This document shows positions 1-15,570 of a stretch of 64,000 nucleotides of DNA, one piece after another (within the stretch, counting starts at the first letter, position 1; the number at the start of each line of letters is the position of its first letter). The stretch is from the NCBI RefSeq assembly GCF_009914755.1, contig NC_060933.1; one strand, written 5' to 3'. The translations under genes and the position numbers were made by a program. Source of the DNA: the human T2T-CHM13v2.0 reference genome, Homo sapiens. A model generated the notes under the pieces. That model was not told where the DNA came from. It did no database searches and saw only the letters and a list, made by a program, of their open reading frames with translations.

Positions 1-3690
<3,690 letters not shown>

Positions 3691-3753
3691 TATGATGTTA
3701 GCTGGTTATTTTGCTCGTTAGTTGATGCAGTTTCTTCCTAGTCTCCATGGTCT

Positions 3754-4770
3754 TTACATTTTGGCATGATTTTGCAGCGGCTGGTACCAGTTGTTCCTTT
3801 CCATGTTTAGCGCTTCCTTCAGGAGCTCTTTTAGGGCAGGCCTAGTGGTGACAAAATCTCTCAGCATTTGCTTGTCTGTGAAGTATTTTATTTCTCCTTC
3901 ACTTATGAAGCTTAGTTTGGCTGGATATGAAATTCTGGGTTGAAAATTCTTTTCTTTAAGAATGTTGAATATTGGCCCCCACTCTCTTCTGGCTTGTAGG
4001 GTTTCTGCCGAGAGATCCGCTGTTAGTCTGATGGGCTTCCCTTTGAGGGTAACCCGACCTTTCTCTCTGGCTGCCCTTAACATTTTTTCCTTCATTTCAA
4101 CTTTGGTGAATCTGACAATTATGTGTCTTGGAGTTGCTCTTCTGGAGGAGTGTCTTTGTGGCGTTCTCTGTATTTCCTGAATCTGAACATTGGCCTGCCT
4201 TGCTAGATTGGGGAAGTTCTCCTGGATAATATCCTGCAGAGTGTTTTCCAACTTGGTTCCATTCTCCCCATCACTTTCAGGTACACCAATCAGACGTAGA
4301 TTTGGTCTTTTCACATAGTCCCATATTTCTTGGAGGCTTTGCTCATTTCTTTTTATTCTTTTTTCTCTAACCTTCCCTTCTCACTTCATTTCATTCATTT
4401 CATCTTCCATTGCTGATACCCTTTCTTCCAGTTGATCGCATGGGCTCCTGAGGCTTCTGCATTGTTCACCTAGTTCTCGAGCCTTGGTTTTCAGCTCCAT
4501 CAGCTCCTTTAAGCACTTCTCTGTATTGGTTATTCTAGGTATACATTCTTCTAAATTTTTTTCAAAGTTTTCAACTTCTTTGCCTTTGGTTTGAATGTCC
4601 TCCCGTAGCTCAGAGTAATTTGATCGTCTGAAGCCTTCTTCTCTCAGCTCGTCAGAATCATTCTCCATCCAGCTTTTTTCCGTTGCTGGTGAGGAACTGC
4701 GTTCCTTTGGAGGAGGAGAGGCGCTCTGCATTTAAGAGTGTCTAGTTTTTCTGTTCTGTTTTTTCCCCAT
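3754..4770 (-). pseudogene. L1 ORF1p, full length (339 codons) but broken by an in-frame TGA
   Basis: ATG at 4770-4768. ORF track pieces 4381..4731 and 3754..4314 are in one frame, with a TGA (CGA->TGA) at 4383-4381. Confidence 0.92.
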
Positions 4771-5675
4771 CTTTGTGGTTTTATCTACTTTTGGTCTTTG
4801 ATGATGGTGATGTACAGATGGGTTTTTGGTGTGGATGTCCTTTCTGTTTGTTAGTTTTCCTTCTATCAGACAGGACCCTCAGCTGCAGGTCTGTTGGAAT
4901 ACCCTGCCATGTGAGGTGTCAGTCTGCCCCTGCTGGGGGGTGCCTCCCAGTTAGGCTGCTCGGGGGTCAGGGGTCAGGGACCCACTTGAGGAGGCAGTCT
5001 GCCCGTTCTCAGATCTCCAGCTGCGTGCTGGGAGAACCACTGCTCTCTTCAAAGCTGTCAGACAGGGACACTTAAGTCTGCAGAGGTTACTGCTGTCTTT
5101 TTGTTTGTCTGTGCCCTGCCCCCAGAGGTGGAGCCTACAGAGGCAGGCAGGCCTCCTTGAGCTGTGGTGGGCTCCACCCAGTTCGAGCTTCCTGGCTGCT
5201 TTGTTTACCTAAGGAAGCCTGGGCAATGGCGGGCGCCCCTCCCCCAGCCTGGCTGCCGCCTTGCAGTTTGATCTCAGACTGCTGTGCTAGCAATCAGCGA
5301 GACTCCGTGGGCGTAGGACCCTCCGAGCCAGGTGTGGGATATAATCTCATGGTTCGCCGCTTTTTAAGCCGGTCTGAAAAGCGCAATATTCGGGTGGGAG
5401 TGACCCGATTTTCCAGGTGCGTCTGTCACCCCTTTCTTTGACTCGGAAAGGGAACTCCCTGATCCCTCGCGCTTCCCAGGTGAGGCAATGCCTCGCCCTG
5501 CTTCGGCTCGCGCATGGTGCGTGCACCCACTGGCCTGCGCCCACTGTCTGGCACTCCCTAGTGAGAGAAACCCGGTACCTCAGATGGAAATGCAGAAATC
5601 ACCCGTCTTCTGTGTCGCTCATGCTGGGAGCTGTAGACCGGAGCTGTTCCTATTCGGCCATCTTGGCTCCTCCCC
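4771..5675. promoter_or_regulatory. L1 5'UTR: sense promoter (- strand, intact YY1 motif CAAGATGGCCG) and antisense promoter firing on + strand
   Basis: CpG-rich 905-bp UTR. + strand splice donors after 5331 (CAG|GTGTGG), 5416 (CAG|GTGCGT), 5479 (CAG|GTGAGG) and 5560 (CTA|GTGAGA). Confidence 0.85.
5226..5441 (+). CDS. L1 ORF0, intact 71 aa (MAGAPPPAWLPPCSLISDCCASNQRDSVGVGPSEPG...RFSRCVCHPFL)
   Basis: ATG 5226 in good Kozak context (GCAATGG). 216 nt to TGA. Matches the primate L1 antisense ORF0, with donors at +106 and +191. Confidence 0.85.
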   Translation: MAGAPPPAWLPPCSLISDCCASNQRDSVGVGPSEPGVGYNLMVRRFLSRSEKRNIRVGVTRFSRCVCHPFL

Positions 5676-8582
5676 TGATTTCTGCCTTAATTTCATTATA
5701 TACCCAGGAGTCATTCAGGAGCAGGTTGTTCAGTTTCCATGTAGTTGTGTGGTTTGAGTGGGTTTCTTTATCTTGAGTTATAATTTGATTGCGCTGTTTT
5801 CTGAGAGACTGTTATGATTTCAGTTCTTTTGTATTTGCTGAGGAGTGTTTTACTCCCAAGTACGTGACTGATTTTAGAGTAAGTGCTATGTGCTATGTGT
5901 CGCCAAGAAGAATATATATTCCATTGTTTTTGGGTGGAGAGTTCTGTAGATATTTATCAGGTCCACTTGATCCAGAGCTTAGTTCATGTCCTGAATATCC
6001 TTGTTAATTTTGTCTTGGTGATCTGTCTAATATTGACAGTGGGGTGTTAAAAGTCTCCCACTATTATTGTGTGGGAGTCTAAGTGTCTTTGTAGGTCTCT
6101 AAGAACTTGTTTTATGAATCTGGGTGCTCCTGTGTTAGGTGCATATATATTTAGGATAGTTAGCAGTTCACATTGAATTGAACCCTTTACCATTATGTAA
6201 TGCCCCTCTTTGTCTTTTTTGATCCCTGTTGGTTTAAAGTCTATTTTGTCAGAAACTAGGATTGCAGCCCCTGCTTTTTTCTGCTTTCCATTTGCTTGGT
6301 ATATTTTCCTCCATTCCTTTATTTTGAGCCTATGTGTGTCTTTGCATGTGAGATGGGTCTCTTAAATCCAGCACGTTGATGAGTCTTGACTCTTTATCCA
6401 GCTTGCCATTCTGTGTCTTTTAATCGGGGCATTTAGCCCATTTACATTTAAGGTTAATATTGTTGTCTGTGAATTTGATCCTGTTATGATGGTAGCTGGT
6501 TATCAGACTTGGTGATGTAGTTGCTTTATAGTTTCATTGGTCTTTGTACTTCAGTGTGTTTTTGCAGTGGCTAGTGGTGGTTTTTCCTTTCTATATTTAG
6601 TGCTTCCTTCAGGAGCTCTTGCAAGGTAGGCCTGGTGGTGACTAATTACCTCAGCATTTGCTTCTCTGAAAAGTATTTTATTTTTCCTTAGCTTATGAAG
6701 CTTAGTTTGACTGGAAATGAAATTCAGGATTGGAAATCCTTTTCTTTAAGAATATTGAATAATGGCCCCCAATCTCTTCTCGCTTGTAGGGTTTCTGCTG
6801 AGAAGTTTGCTGTTAGTCTAATGGGTTTCCCTTTGTAGGTGATCTCCCCTTTCTCTCTGGCTGCTGTTAACATTTTTTTTCCCTTCATTTTGACCTTGGT
6901 GAATTTGATGATTATGTGTGTTAGGGCTGATCATCTCATGGAGTATCTTACGAGGGTTCTTTGGATTTCATGAATTTGAATGTTGGCCTATCTTGTTAGG
7001 TTAGGGAAGTTTTCCTAGATGATATCCTGAGGTATGTTTTCCACCTTGGTTCTGTTCTCCCCATCTCTTTCAGGTATCCAAGTCAGTCATAGGTTCGGTC
7101 TTTTTACATAATCCCAAAGTTCATGGAGGTTTTGTTTCTTTTCATTCTTTTTTCTCTCGTCTTGTCTGCCTTGTCTTATTTCAGCAAGATAGGCTTTAAG
7201 CTCTGAAATTCTTTCCTCTGCTTGGTCAGTTTGGCTGTTGATACTTATGGTTGCATTGTGATGTTCTCAGGTTGTGTTTTTCAACTCCATTAGGTTATTT
7301 ATGTTCCTTTCAAACTAATTATTCTGGTTAACAGCTCCTGTAATGTTTTATCATGGTTCTTAGCTTCTTTGTATTGGGTTAGAACATGTTCCTTTGGCTC
7401 AGCTAAGTTCATTGTTACCCACCTTCTGAGGCCTACTTGTGTCAGTTCATCCATCTCCACCTCCGCCCAGTTCTGTGCTCTTCCTAGAGAGGTATTATGA
7501 TCATATGGAGAAGAGGCACTTTGGCTTTTTGAATTTTCATTGATTCTTTCTCATCTTTGTGAGTTTACCTAGCTTTGATCTTTCAGTTTGCGAGGACCTT
7601 TTTGTTGATGCTGTTATTGTTGTTGCTTTCTGTTTGTTTTTCTTTTGACATTCAGGCCCCTCTTCCGGAGGGCTGCTGTGGTTTGCTGGGGGTCACTCCA
7701 GACCCTATTCACTTGGGTCCCTTCTGCACCTGCAGGTATCAACAGTGGAAGATGCAGAATAGCAAAGATGGCTGCCTGCTACTTCCTCTGGCTGGGATCT
7801 TCGTCCCAGAGGGGCACCAACCTGATGCCAACAGGAATGCTCCTGTATAAGTTATCTGGCAACCCCTGTTGGGGTCTCACCCAGTCTGGAGGCAGGGGTT
7901 CTGGGATCTGCTTAATGAAGCATTCTGGCTGCCCCTTGGCGGAGCGGGTGCGCTGTGCTGTGGCGAATCTCAATCATCTGGACTGCCTGGATTCCTCAGA
8001 GCTGGCAGGGGGAAAGTCTAAGTCTGCTAATCTGTGAATACTGTGGCTGCCTCTCCCACTAGAGGCTCAGTCCCAGCGACATCAGAGTTCTGTCCCTAAA
8101 CCCCTGGCTGCAGTTGCTGAAATTCCTGCAGGAAGGTCCCACCCAGTGAGGAGGGATGGGTTAGGGTTCCGCCTGAAGAGGCAGTCTGGCCATGATCTGC
8201 CATAGCCATAGCCACTGTGAGTGCTGTGGGGAATTCCATCTGGGTCCAAACCATCTAGTCTTCCTGGCACTGGCAGGGGAAAATTGGCAGACTGGAGCTG
8301 CAGTGATGGCTGCCACCCCTTGCCCCTACTCCCCGGGAACTCAGGCATCTTAGGCAAAAGGCAGGGTGGTGATGATGACCTCCCCTTCCATTAGGAAGTT
8401 GGTAGTCGTAGGTAGTCACCAGCCCATTGGCTGCTGAGAGGCCACCAAGAGGCTGCCGAGAATCTGGACAGCTCTGCACTTGGGACCCAAGGCCCTGGTG
8501 GCATGGGCTCATTGGGGGACCTCCTGATCTGTGGGTAGCACGGATCCGTGGAAAAAGCGTGGTTTCCCAGGCAGGGTAGTAG

Positions 8583-10034
8583 TGTGTCCAGAATTGGTGC
8601 GTTCTTGGTCTCACTGACTTCAAGAATGAAGCCACGGACCCTTGCGGTGAGTGTTACAGTTCTTAAAAGCGGCGTGTCCGGAGTTTGTTCCTTCTGATGT
8701 TCAGATGTGTTTAGAGTTTCTTCCTTCTGGTGGATTCGTGGTCTCGCTGGCTTCAGGAGTGAAGCTGCAGACCTTCGAGTGTTACAGCTCATAAAGGCAG
8801 TGTGGATCCAAAGAGTGAGCAGCAGCAAGATTTATTGCAAAGAGTGAAAGAACAAAGCTTCCACAGTGTGGAAGGGGACCCAAGGGGGTTGCCACTGCTG
8901 GCTCTGGCAGCCTGCTTTTATTGTCTTATCTGGCCCCACCCACATCCTGCTGATTGGTCCATTTTACAGAGAGCCGATTGGTTTTACAGAGAGCTGATTG
9001 GTCCATTTTGACAGGGTGCTGATTGGTGCGTTTACAATCCCTGAGCTAGACACAAAAGTTCTCCAAGTCCCACTAGATTCTTTAGATACAGAGTGCTGAT
9101 TGGTGCATCCACAAACCCTGAGGTAGACACACGGTGCTGATTGGTGTGTTCACAAACCTTGAGCTAGATACAGAGTGCTGATTGGTGTGTTTACAATCCC
9201 TTAGCTAGACATAAAGGTTCTCCAAGTCCCCACTAGACTCAGGAGCCCAGCTGGCTTCACCCAGTGTATCCCGCACAGGGGCCACAGGTGGAGCTGCCTG
9301 CCAGTCCCGTGCCCTCCACCAGCACTCCTCAGCCCTTGGATGGGACTGGCTGCCGTGGAGCAGGGGGCAGAGCTCGTCGGGGAGGCTGTGGCTGCGCAGG
9401 AGCCCACCGCGGGGGGAGTGAGGGGAGGGAGGGGGGGAGGGTGGGGGGGAGTGGGCGAAGGGGGGAGGGCGGGGAGGAGGGGGGAGGGCGGGGAGGAGGG
9501 AGGAGGGCGGAGGGAGTGGGGGGAGGGGGGAGTGGGGAGTGGGGGGAGGGCGGGGGGGAGTGGGGGGAGGGCGGGGGAGGCTCAGGCATGGTGGGCTGCA
9601 GGTCCCCAGCCCTGCCGCACAGGGAGGCAGCTAAGGCCCGGTGAGAAATTGAGAGCAGCGCCGGTGGGCCAACACTGCTGGGGGACCTGGTGCACTGTCC
9701 GCGGCTGCTGGCCTGGGTGCTAAGCCCCTCACTGCCGGGCTGGCGGGGCTGGCTGGCCGCTCTGAGTGCGGGCCGCCAAGCCCACGCCCACCCGGAACTC
9801 TAGCTGGCCCGCAGGCGCTGCACGCAGCCCCAGTTCCCGCCCACGCCTGTCCCTCCACACCTCCCTGCAAGCTGAGGGAGCCGGCTCTGGCCTTGGCCAG
9901 CCAAGAAGGGGACTCCCAAGGTGCAGCGGCGGGCTGAAGGGCTGCTCAAGCGCCGCCAGAGTGGGCGCCGAGGCCAAGGTGGCGCGGAGAGCGAGCCACG
10001 ACTGCGAGGGCTGCCAGCACACTGGCACCTCTCA
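8583..10034 (-). mobile_element. Solo LTR12C (ERV9 LTR) with 4-bp TSD GTAG
   Basis: - strand starts TGAGAGGTG and ends CCAATTCTGGACACA. GTAG at 8579-8582 and 10035-10038. Seven tandem CCAAT boxes 8953-9185, GATA motif ~8925-8932, AATAAAA TATA-like box 8916-8922. Confidence 0.93.
9411..9580 (+). repeat. G-rich low-complexity expansion inside LTR12C
   Basis: ~170 bp of GGGGGGAGTG/GGGAGGGCGGGG units. Confidence 0.9.
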
Positions 10035-10606
10035 GTAGGTCGATCACTCACCATTTCCCTTGGCTGGTGGTAGGAGCTCGCATTACTCTGTGTGGCTCCC
10101 AGGTGGGCCGTCGCACCACCCTGCTTTTCCTTGCTCTCTGTGGGTTGTGCCAGCTGCCTAGTCAGTCCCAATGAGAGAACTTGGATACCTCAGTTGCCGG
10201 TGCAGGATTCACTCATTGTTTTTGTTCTTCTTGGTGGGGGGCCTCCGACCACAGCTGTTTCTAGTCGGCCATCTTGGCCCGCCCTGTTTTTCTTTACTTA
10301 TTTTCAAATGAGGAAAGATCTGGACAAATTCAGTGCTTTCCGCTGGTTCAGATGTGTGAGTTGTGCGAGCTTTGCTTGCTTTTTGTATTTGCAACATTGG
10401 TGTACATATCATCACTTGTACTTTCCCGAGGGTTGTGTGGGGCGATAGAAATAAACATATCTACATAGTATAAGAGTATCCTTCAATTCCACTTATTGAG
10501 AGCATGCCCAGAAAATACCATGAGGTGGTAGAGAAAAATGTGCTTTTTCCCAGGTTGATTTTTAATTTGCAAAGAGTAATAATAGTATGAGCATCTCCCT
10601 ACTCTT

Positions 10607-10610
<4 letters not shown>

Positions 10611-10678
<68 letters not shown>
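10611..10678 (+). repeat. Compound microsatellite (GA)14(GT)20 replacing an Alu tail
   Basis: Read directly. Confidence 0.95.
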
Positions 10679-10680
<2 letters not shown>

Positions 10681-10956
10681 GATGGAGTCTGGCTCTGTCA
10701 CCCAGGTTGGAGTGGGGTGGTGCGATCTCGGCTCAGGATCAAATGATTCCTCTGCCTCAGCCTCCTGAGTAGCTGGAACTACAGATGTATGCTACCATGC
10801 CCAGCCAATTTTTGTAATTTTTGTAGAGACGGGGTTTCACTATTGGTCAGGCTGGTCTCGAACTCCTGACCTCAGGTGATCCATCTACCTCAGGTGATCC
10901 ACCTGCCTCGGCCTCCAAAGTGCTGGGATTACAGGTGTGAGCCATCGCACCCTGCC
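10679..10956 (-). mobile_element. Alu (S-type) with internal deletion and 18-bp tandem duplication
   Basis: Alu sequence; ACCTCAGGTGATCCAYCT repeated at 10869-10904. Confidence 0.9.
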
Positions 10957-11676
10957 TAGTGTGTTTCTTTTGACTAAAGATACATATATTTTGTTGTACG
11001 TTGTCCTTAAATGCAGACCAGCTACGGATTCGGGCCTTCTCATTAAGAAATACCAAATGTCTTCTAACATGGGAATATAAATAAATTTGCTATGTTTTAA
11101 CACTGTATTGAAAGATGATATGTTTTATCTTCATCATGTCTCTTTTCTAAATGTGACATTTTTTTAGGCCTCCTGGCTAACGTATCTTAACTGTGATGGA
11201 ATTTTCTCCTGCCCTGTTGCGTATTTCCTTTGATAATTTTTGCTAATGTTATTAGTGAAAAATGGCAGTAATCATCATGCATGATTACTGTGGGTCTTTT
11301 TTCCCCTCCTCTTGTATTACATTTCCTGAAGGCATTGTGCCATTATTGGTTCTCTTCTCTCCCCTTTCCCGTTTTTGACTGCTATTTTCTGCATGTTTCA
11401 GTTTTTTGAATTGTTACAGGAAAATTGTGTATATCCATGTATCTGTATGGATGCAGGGGTTGTGGTTGTGGTTTGAGAACATTAATGTTCTAAATCTCTA
11501 AGGAGCGGAACTCCTTGCTCCCATACTAATTTTCATCCATGTTCAACAACTGTCTCCGTATCTCTTTTATTCCTTCTTTCTTTTAAGACATTTTATGTGA
11601 ATGAATGACTAGTTTAAAGTTATAGGTAAAAATAAGTTCCATTAAGAAATACAATCTTCAAAATATTATGTAAGTA

Positions 11677-12014
11677 CAATCGGCCTTTCATATCCATGGA
11701 TTCCATATCCACGGATTCAACCAATCATGAATTGAAAATATCAGGTGAAGAAAAATGAGTGGTTGCATCTGTACTGAACGTGTACAGACTTTTTTCTTGT
11801 CATTATTCCCTAAACAATACAGTATAACATTATTTGCATAGCATGTACTTTGTATTAGGTATTATAAGTAATCTAGAGATGACTTAAAGTATTTGGATGT
11901 GCATAGATTATATTCAAAACTACATCATTTTATATAAGGACTTGAGCATCTGTAAATTTTCATATTCAAAGTGGGTCTTGAAACCATTCTCCCATAGATA
12001 ATAAGAGACTACTG
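11677..12014. mobile_element. MER2 (Tigger-family DNA transposon)
   Basis: CAATCGGCC...GGATTCAACCAA start, CTG end; paralogous to 19266-19603. Confidence 0.75.
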
Positions 12015-12828
12015 TTTATAGTATATTTTGATGTAATAGTGCTTTATAAATATTTCTCGGTTCAAATTAATTATACAAAAGAATTCCCAGTTTGTATAAT
12101 CTGTATCACACAGGATTCACAACCACAGCAATCTGGAAACCTCTATCTCAAAGGTGTAGTTCTCCTAGACTCTTAGTGCCATCATTACCACCACCAGTTC
12201 ATTTGTCCTCCTGCTTATCAGTTTCATCCTGGGTAGGTTCGAAGGACTGGATTTTTCTTGTGACTTTCTGACTCTTTTACCTCATCAGTTCCTTCAAGCT
12301 GAGTTAGAGGAGTCACAAGTATCCCAGCCCAGGACCCTGAGGTTACAAACTAGAATTGGCAGTTGTGCTTTAAGGAACTTTGGTTTGAAAACTTAAGTTT
12401 GCCCTTTGGGATTCTTTTTAATATATTTAAAGTTCTGTATAGTAATATAAAATGAAAGGTTGACGTACCCTTTGTTCAAAACTGTCTAATAACTATAGCT
12501 GATCTTACCACTTGTTAATTCTTGAAACTGAAGTGTTTACTTAAATAAAAGGTTGTACTATGTATATCCATGGTTTTTATTACTATAAAGCTACAAAAGA
12601 AAATTAATATGTATCTGGCTTTGAAAGTCATAGTCGTTGTATCAATACTTTCTGTGTGTATGTGATAAATATTAAATATGTCATTATTTCTTTTATTAAT
12701 AAGTTTGCCTGCAGTACAAATAACAGATGCAAAACAGGATGCCAATCTGTAACCTTAGATGAACACAATTATTTAACTGAGATGATCTTTATCCATACTT
12801 TTCTCTATTTATTGCTTGCTTTGCACAG

Positions 12829-12991
12829 GAAGGAACTGCAGGAGCTGCAGAATCTTTACAAACAGAACAGTACACATACAGCCCAGCAAGCAGAGCTGAT
12901 CCAGCAGCTTCAGGTTCTCAATATGGACACACAAAAAGTACTGAGAAATCAGGAAGATGTTCACACAGCTGAAAGTATATCATATCAAAAA
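12829..12991 (+). CDS. CNTLN: Centlein coding exon (163 nt, phase 2->0): KELQELQNLYKQ...ESISYQK
   Basis: Acceptor ttgctttgcacAG, donor GTATGC. Coiled-coil peptide recognised as centlein; joins the next exon in frame. Confidence 0.93.
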
Positions 12992-13600
12992 GTATGCTTT
13001 TATTCTGTAATAAAGATGTAAATGTTTATGTATGAACTTATGAACATATATAGAATTCAGATTTTTTCAAATTTCAGCATTTAATTTTTACTTCCTTTTA
13101 CATGTGTTTCCTCAAAATTTAGAAGTGAAGGATGGTTCAATTTGATAACATTTAAAATTTTTTGAATTTTCTTTATGGTAATTAGAGCTGAATCACTTAA
13201 AATATAGATACAAACTTACTCTATAGGGTATTATTTTTATAAATTGGCATTCAGACAGCTTCTGTGAAACATACTAGGAGTATAGTCTCAAAACTGGAAT
13301 GGAATTCCTCGGCCTGCTATTACAAGAAATTATTTTGTCAAGTATGGCAGACTTTCATTGTAAAATTTGTACATTATTTTTCGGCAAATCTTCACAAATA
13401 CAAAGGGGATTGCTGAGGAGGGCTTTAGGATCAATATTTTCCAGGATTTTTCTCTGTTTATTTTGTGTGTTTCTGTTCAGTAGTCTTTTACTTTACAGTT
13501 GTTTTAGGAGCCTTTCAAGAAGGTTTACCCAAGTATTTAGGTGTGCTAACTGACTCAGCAGCAATAATTTAATCTACTAATTAAAAAAAATACCTTTATT

Positions 13601-13951
<351 letters not shown>

Positions 13952-14429
13952 TTAATAAATAATGTAGTTTATATAGTGTTATTCTCATTTAATGATAGTA
14001 GTTGAGGCAAGTGAGGCTTAGAGAGGTTAAATAATACACAGTTCATATTATCCCTCTAGAATTACTGGATTTTTACTTCTGATCTTACTTTTCTAAAAAA
14101 TCACTGTGAAAATCGAATGTCTATAATTAACATGAAATTAATTACCTTAAAACTTAAACACATATTTTTAAATGATGCTTTGTAACAGTGGTTTTCAGTG
14201 TGTGTTTTGTGTTGCCTTTGTGTTTTCCCAAGGACCTAGATGATAGCAAGCAGGAAGATACAGTCTTCCACTTCAGCTAGAGCAGTGCTGCCTTTTTGTT
14301 TTATGGGGTGACATTGCCCACTGTGTTTTTTGTTTCTAAAGCACGTTCCATTGCTAAAATGATTTGAAACACTGTACTTTATTAATACTTGTTAATTGTT
14401 ATTAATACTAATTAATTGTTTTCTCTTTT

Positions 14430-15570
14430 TCCCCCATTGATGACTTTCTGTTGCTTGGAACATTTTTTTTCTGTTGCTTGAAACATTTTTTTCCCCTCTT
14501 GGCTTCCATTGTACTATAATTGGGTGGCTTTCTTCCTTCAGTTTTTAGCTGTCCCTTTTTAATTTCTTTGTGGTCCTCCCCAGTCTCCATGTCCTGTAAA
14601 GTGTGAAAATGTTCCAGGCCTCACTCTTAGGATCTCTCCTTTTTTTTCTGTTTATCCTCACACCCTAGGTGATTTCATCTAATCACCTTGACTTTCAAAG
14701 TTACACTGCAGGTTCAATATCCCTTATCTGAAGTGCTTGGAACCTGAAACCTGAAGTGCTTCACATTTTTAGCTTTTGAGATTTTGGAATATTTGCATTA
14801 CATTTACTGGCTGAGCATCCCAAATCTGAAAAATTGAAATCTGAAATGCTCCAATGAGCATTTCCTTTGAGCATCATACTGGTGCTCAAAAATGTTTTGG
14901 ATTTTGGAGCATTTCAGATTTTTTGATTTGTATGCTCTACCTGTGTCTATAGGCTGATGATTCCCAAATTTGTAAATTTGTTTATCTACCTTGGATCTCT
15001 TCTGTATACTCTAGGAAAGAGTATATCTAATTGCCTACTTAATATCTCTTCACTTGGATTCCTAATGGGCATCTCATACTGAACGTGTTCAAAACAAAGC
15101 TATTGCCTTTTATGTTTTCAGTACAGGTGCAGAATTCGACTACTTCCCACCACCCTTGCTGTCACCATTCTGTCCAGGCCACTATCACATATTACCTGGA
15201 TTATTGCAGTAACTTGCCAGTTTCTTTGTTCTGATCTTAAGCCTTTTGACATAGGTGCCAGGATATTATTGCCAAAACTTTGTGAGTCAAATCAGATCAC
15301 TGCTCTCTTCAAGTCCCTCCAGTGGTTTCCCAGACCATTAAAAATAAAAAACCTAAGTTCTTACTACAACCTGTGGGACTCTACATGTTCCGACTCTACA
15401 TTACCTCTCTGATCTCATCTTTGCCTTCTTTTCTTATTCACTCCAGCAACACAAACCATGTTTTTATTCCTTGAACATAACAGGTATTTAACCTTTCAAG
15501 GTAATACTTTCTTCCAGTGCCTGAAAGCTTTCCTGCCCAGTTATCTGCATAGATACCATTTTACTTCCTT
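14430..15570 (+). mobile_element. L2 fragment interrupted by Tigger4a
   Basis: Degenerate L2 RT/3' motifs (GCTGATGATTCCCAAAT, ATTACCTGGATTATTGCAGT); boundaries approximate. Confidence 0.6.
14709..14943. mobile_element. Tigger4a/MER46A (Zombi) MITE
   Basis: CAGGTTCAATATCCCTTATCTGAA start, CTCTACCTG end. Confidence 0.75.

Larger units (their letters stand above)
5676..10284 (-). mobile_element. Older primate L1 (roughly L1PA8-L1PA13 age): ORF2 5' part, ORF1 and 5'UTR, interrupted by LTR12C
   Basis: 5676-7600 is a diverged paralogue of 2880-4800. Its 5' end GGCCAAGATGGCCGACTAG is on - strand near 10284. Confidence 0.85.

Noticed and set aside
8950-9240. Regularly spaced repeats resembling a CRISPR array
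   Set aside because: Standard ERV9 LTR tandem enhancer repeats; the spacers are homologous to each other and the context is eukaryotic.
9201-10171. Several overlapping 68-127 aa Gly/Pro-rich ORFs
   Set aside because: Artefacts of the GC-rich LTR12C and its G-tract; low complexity with no coding signature.
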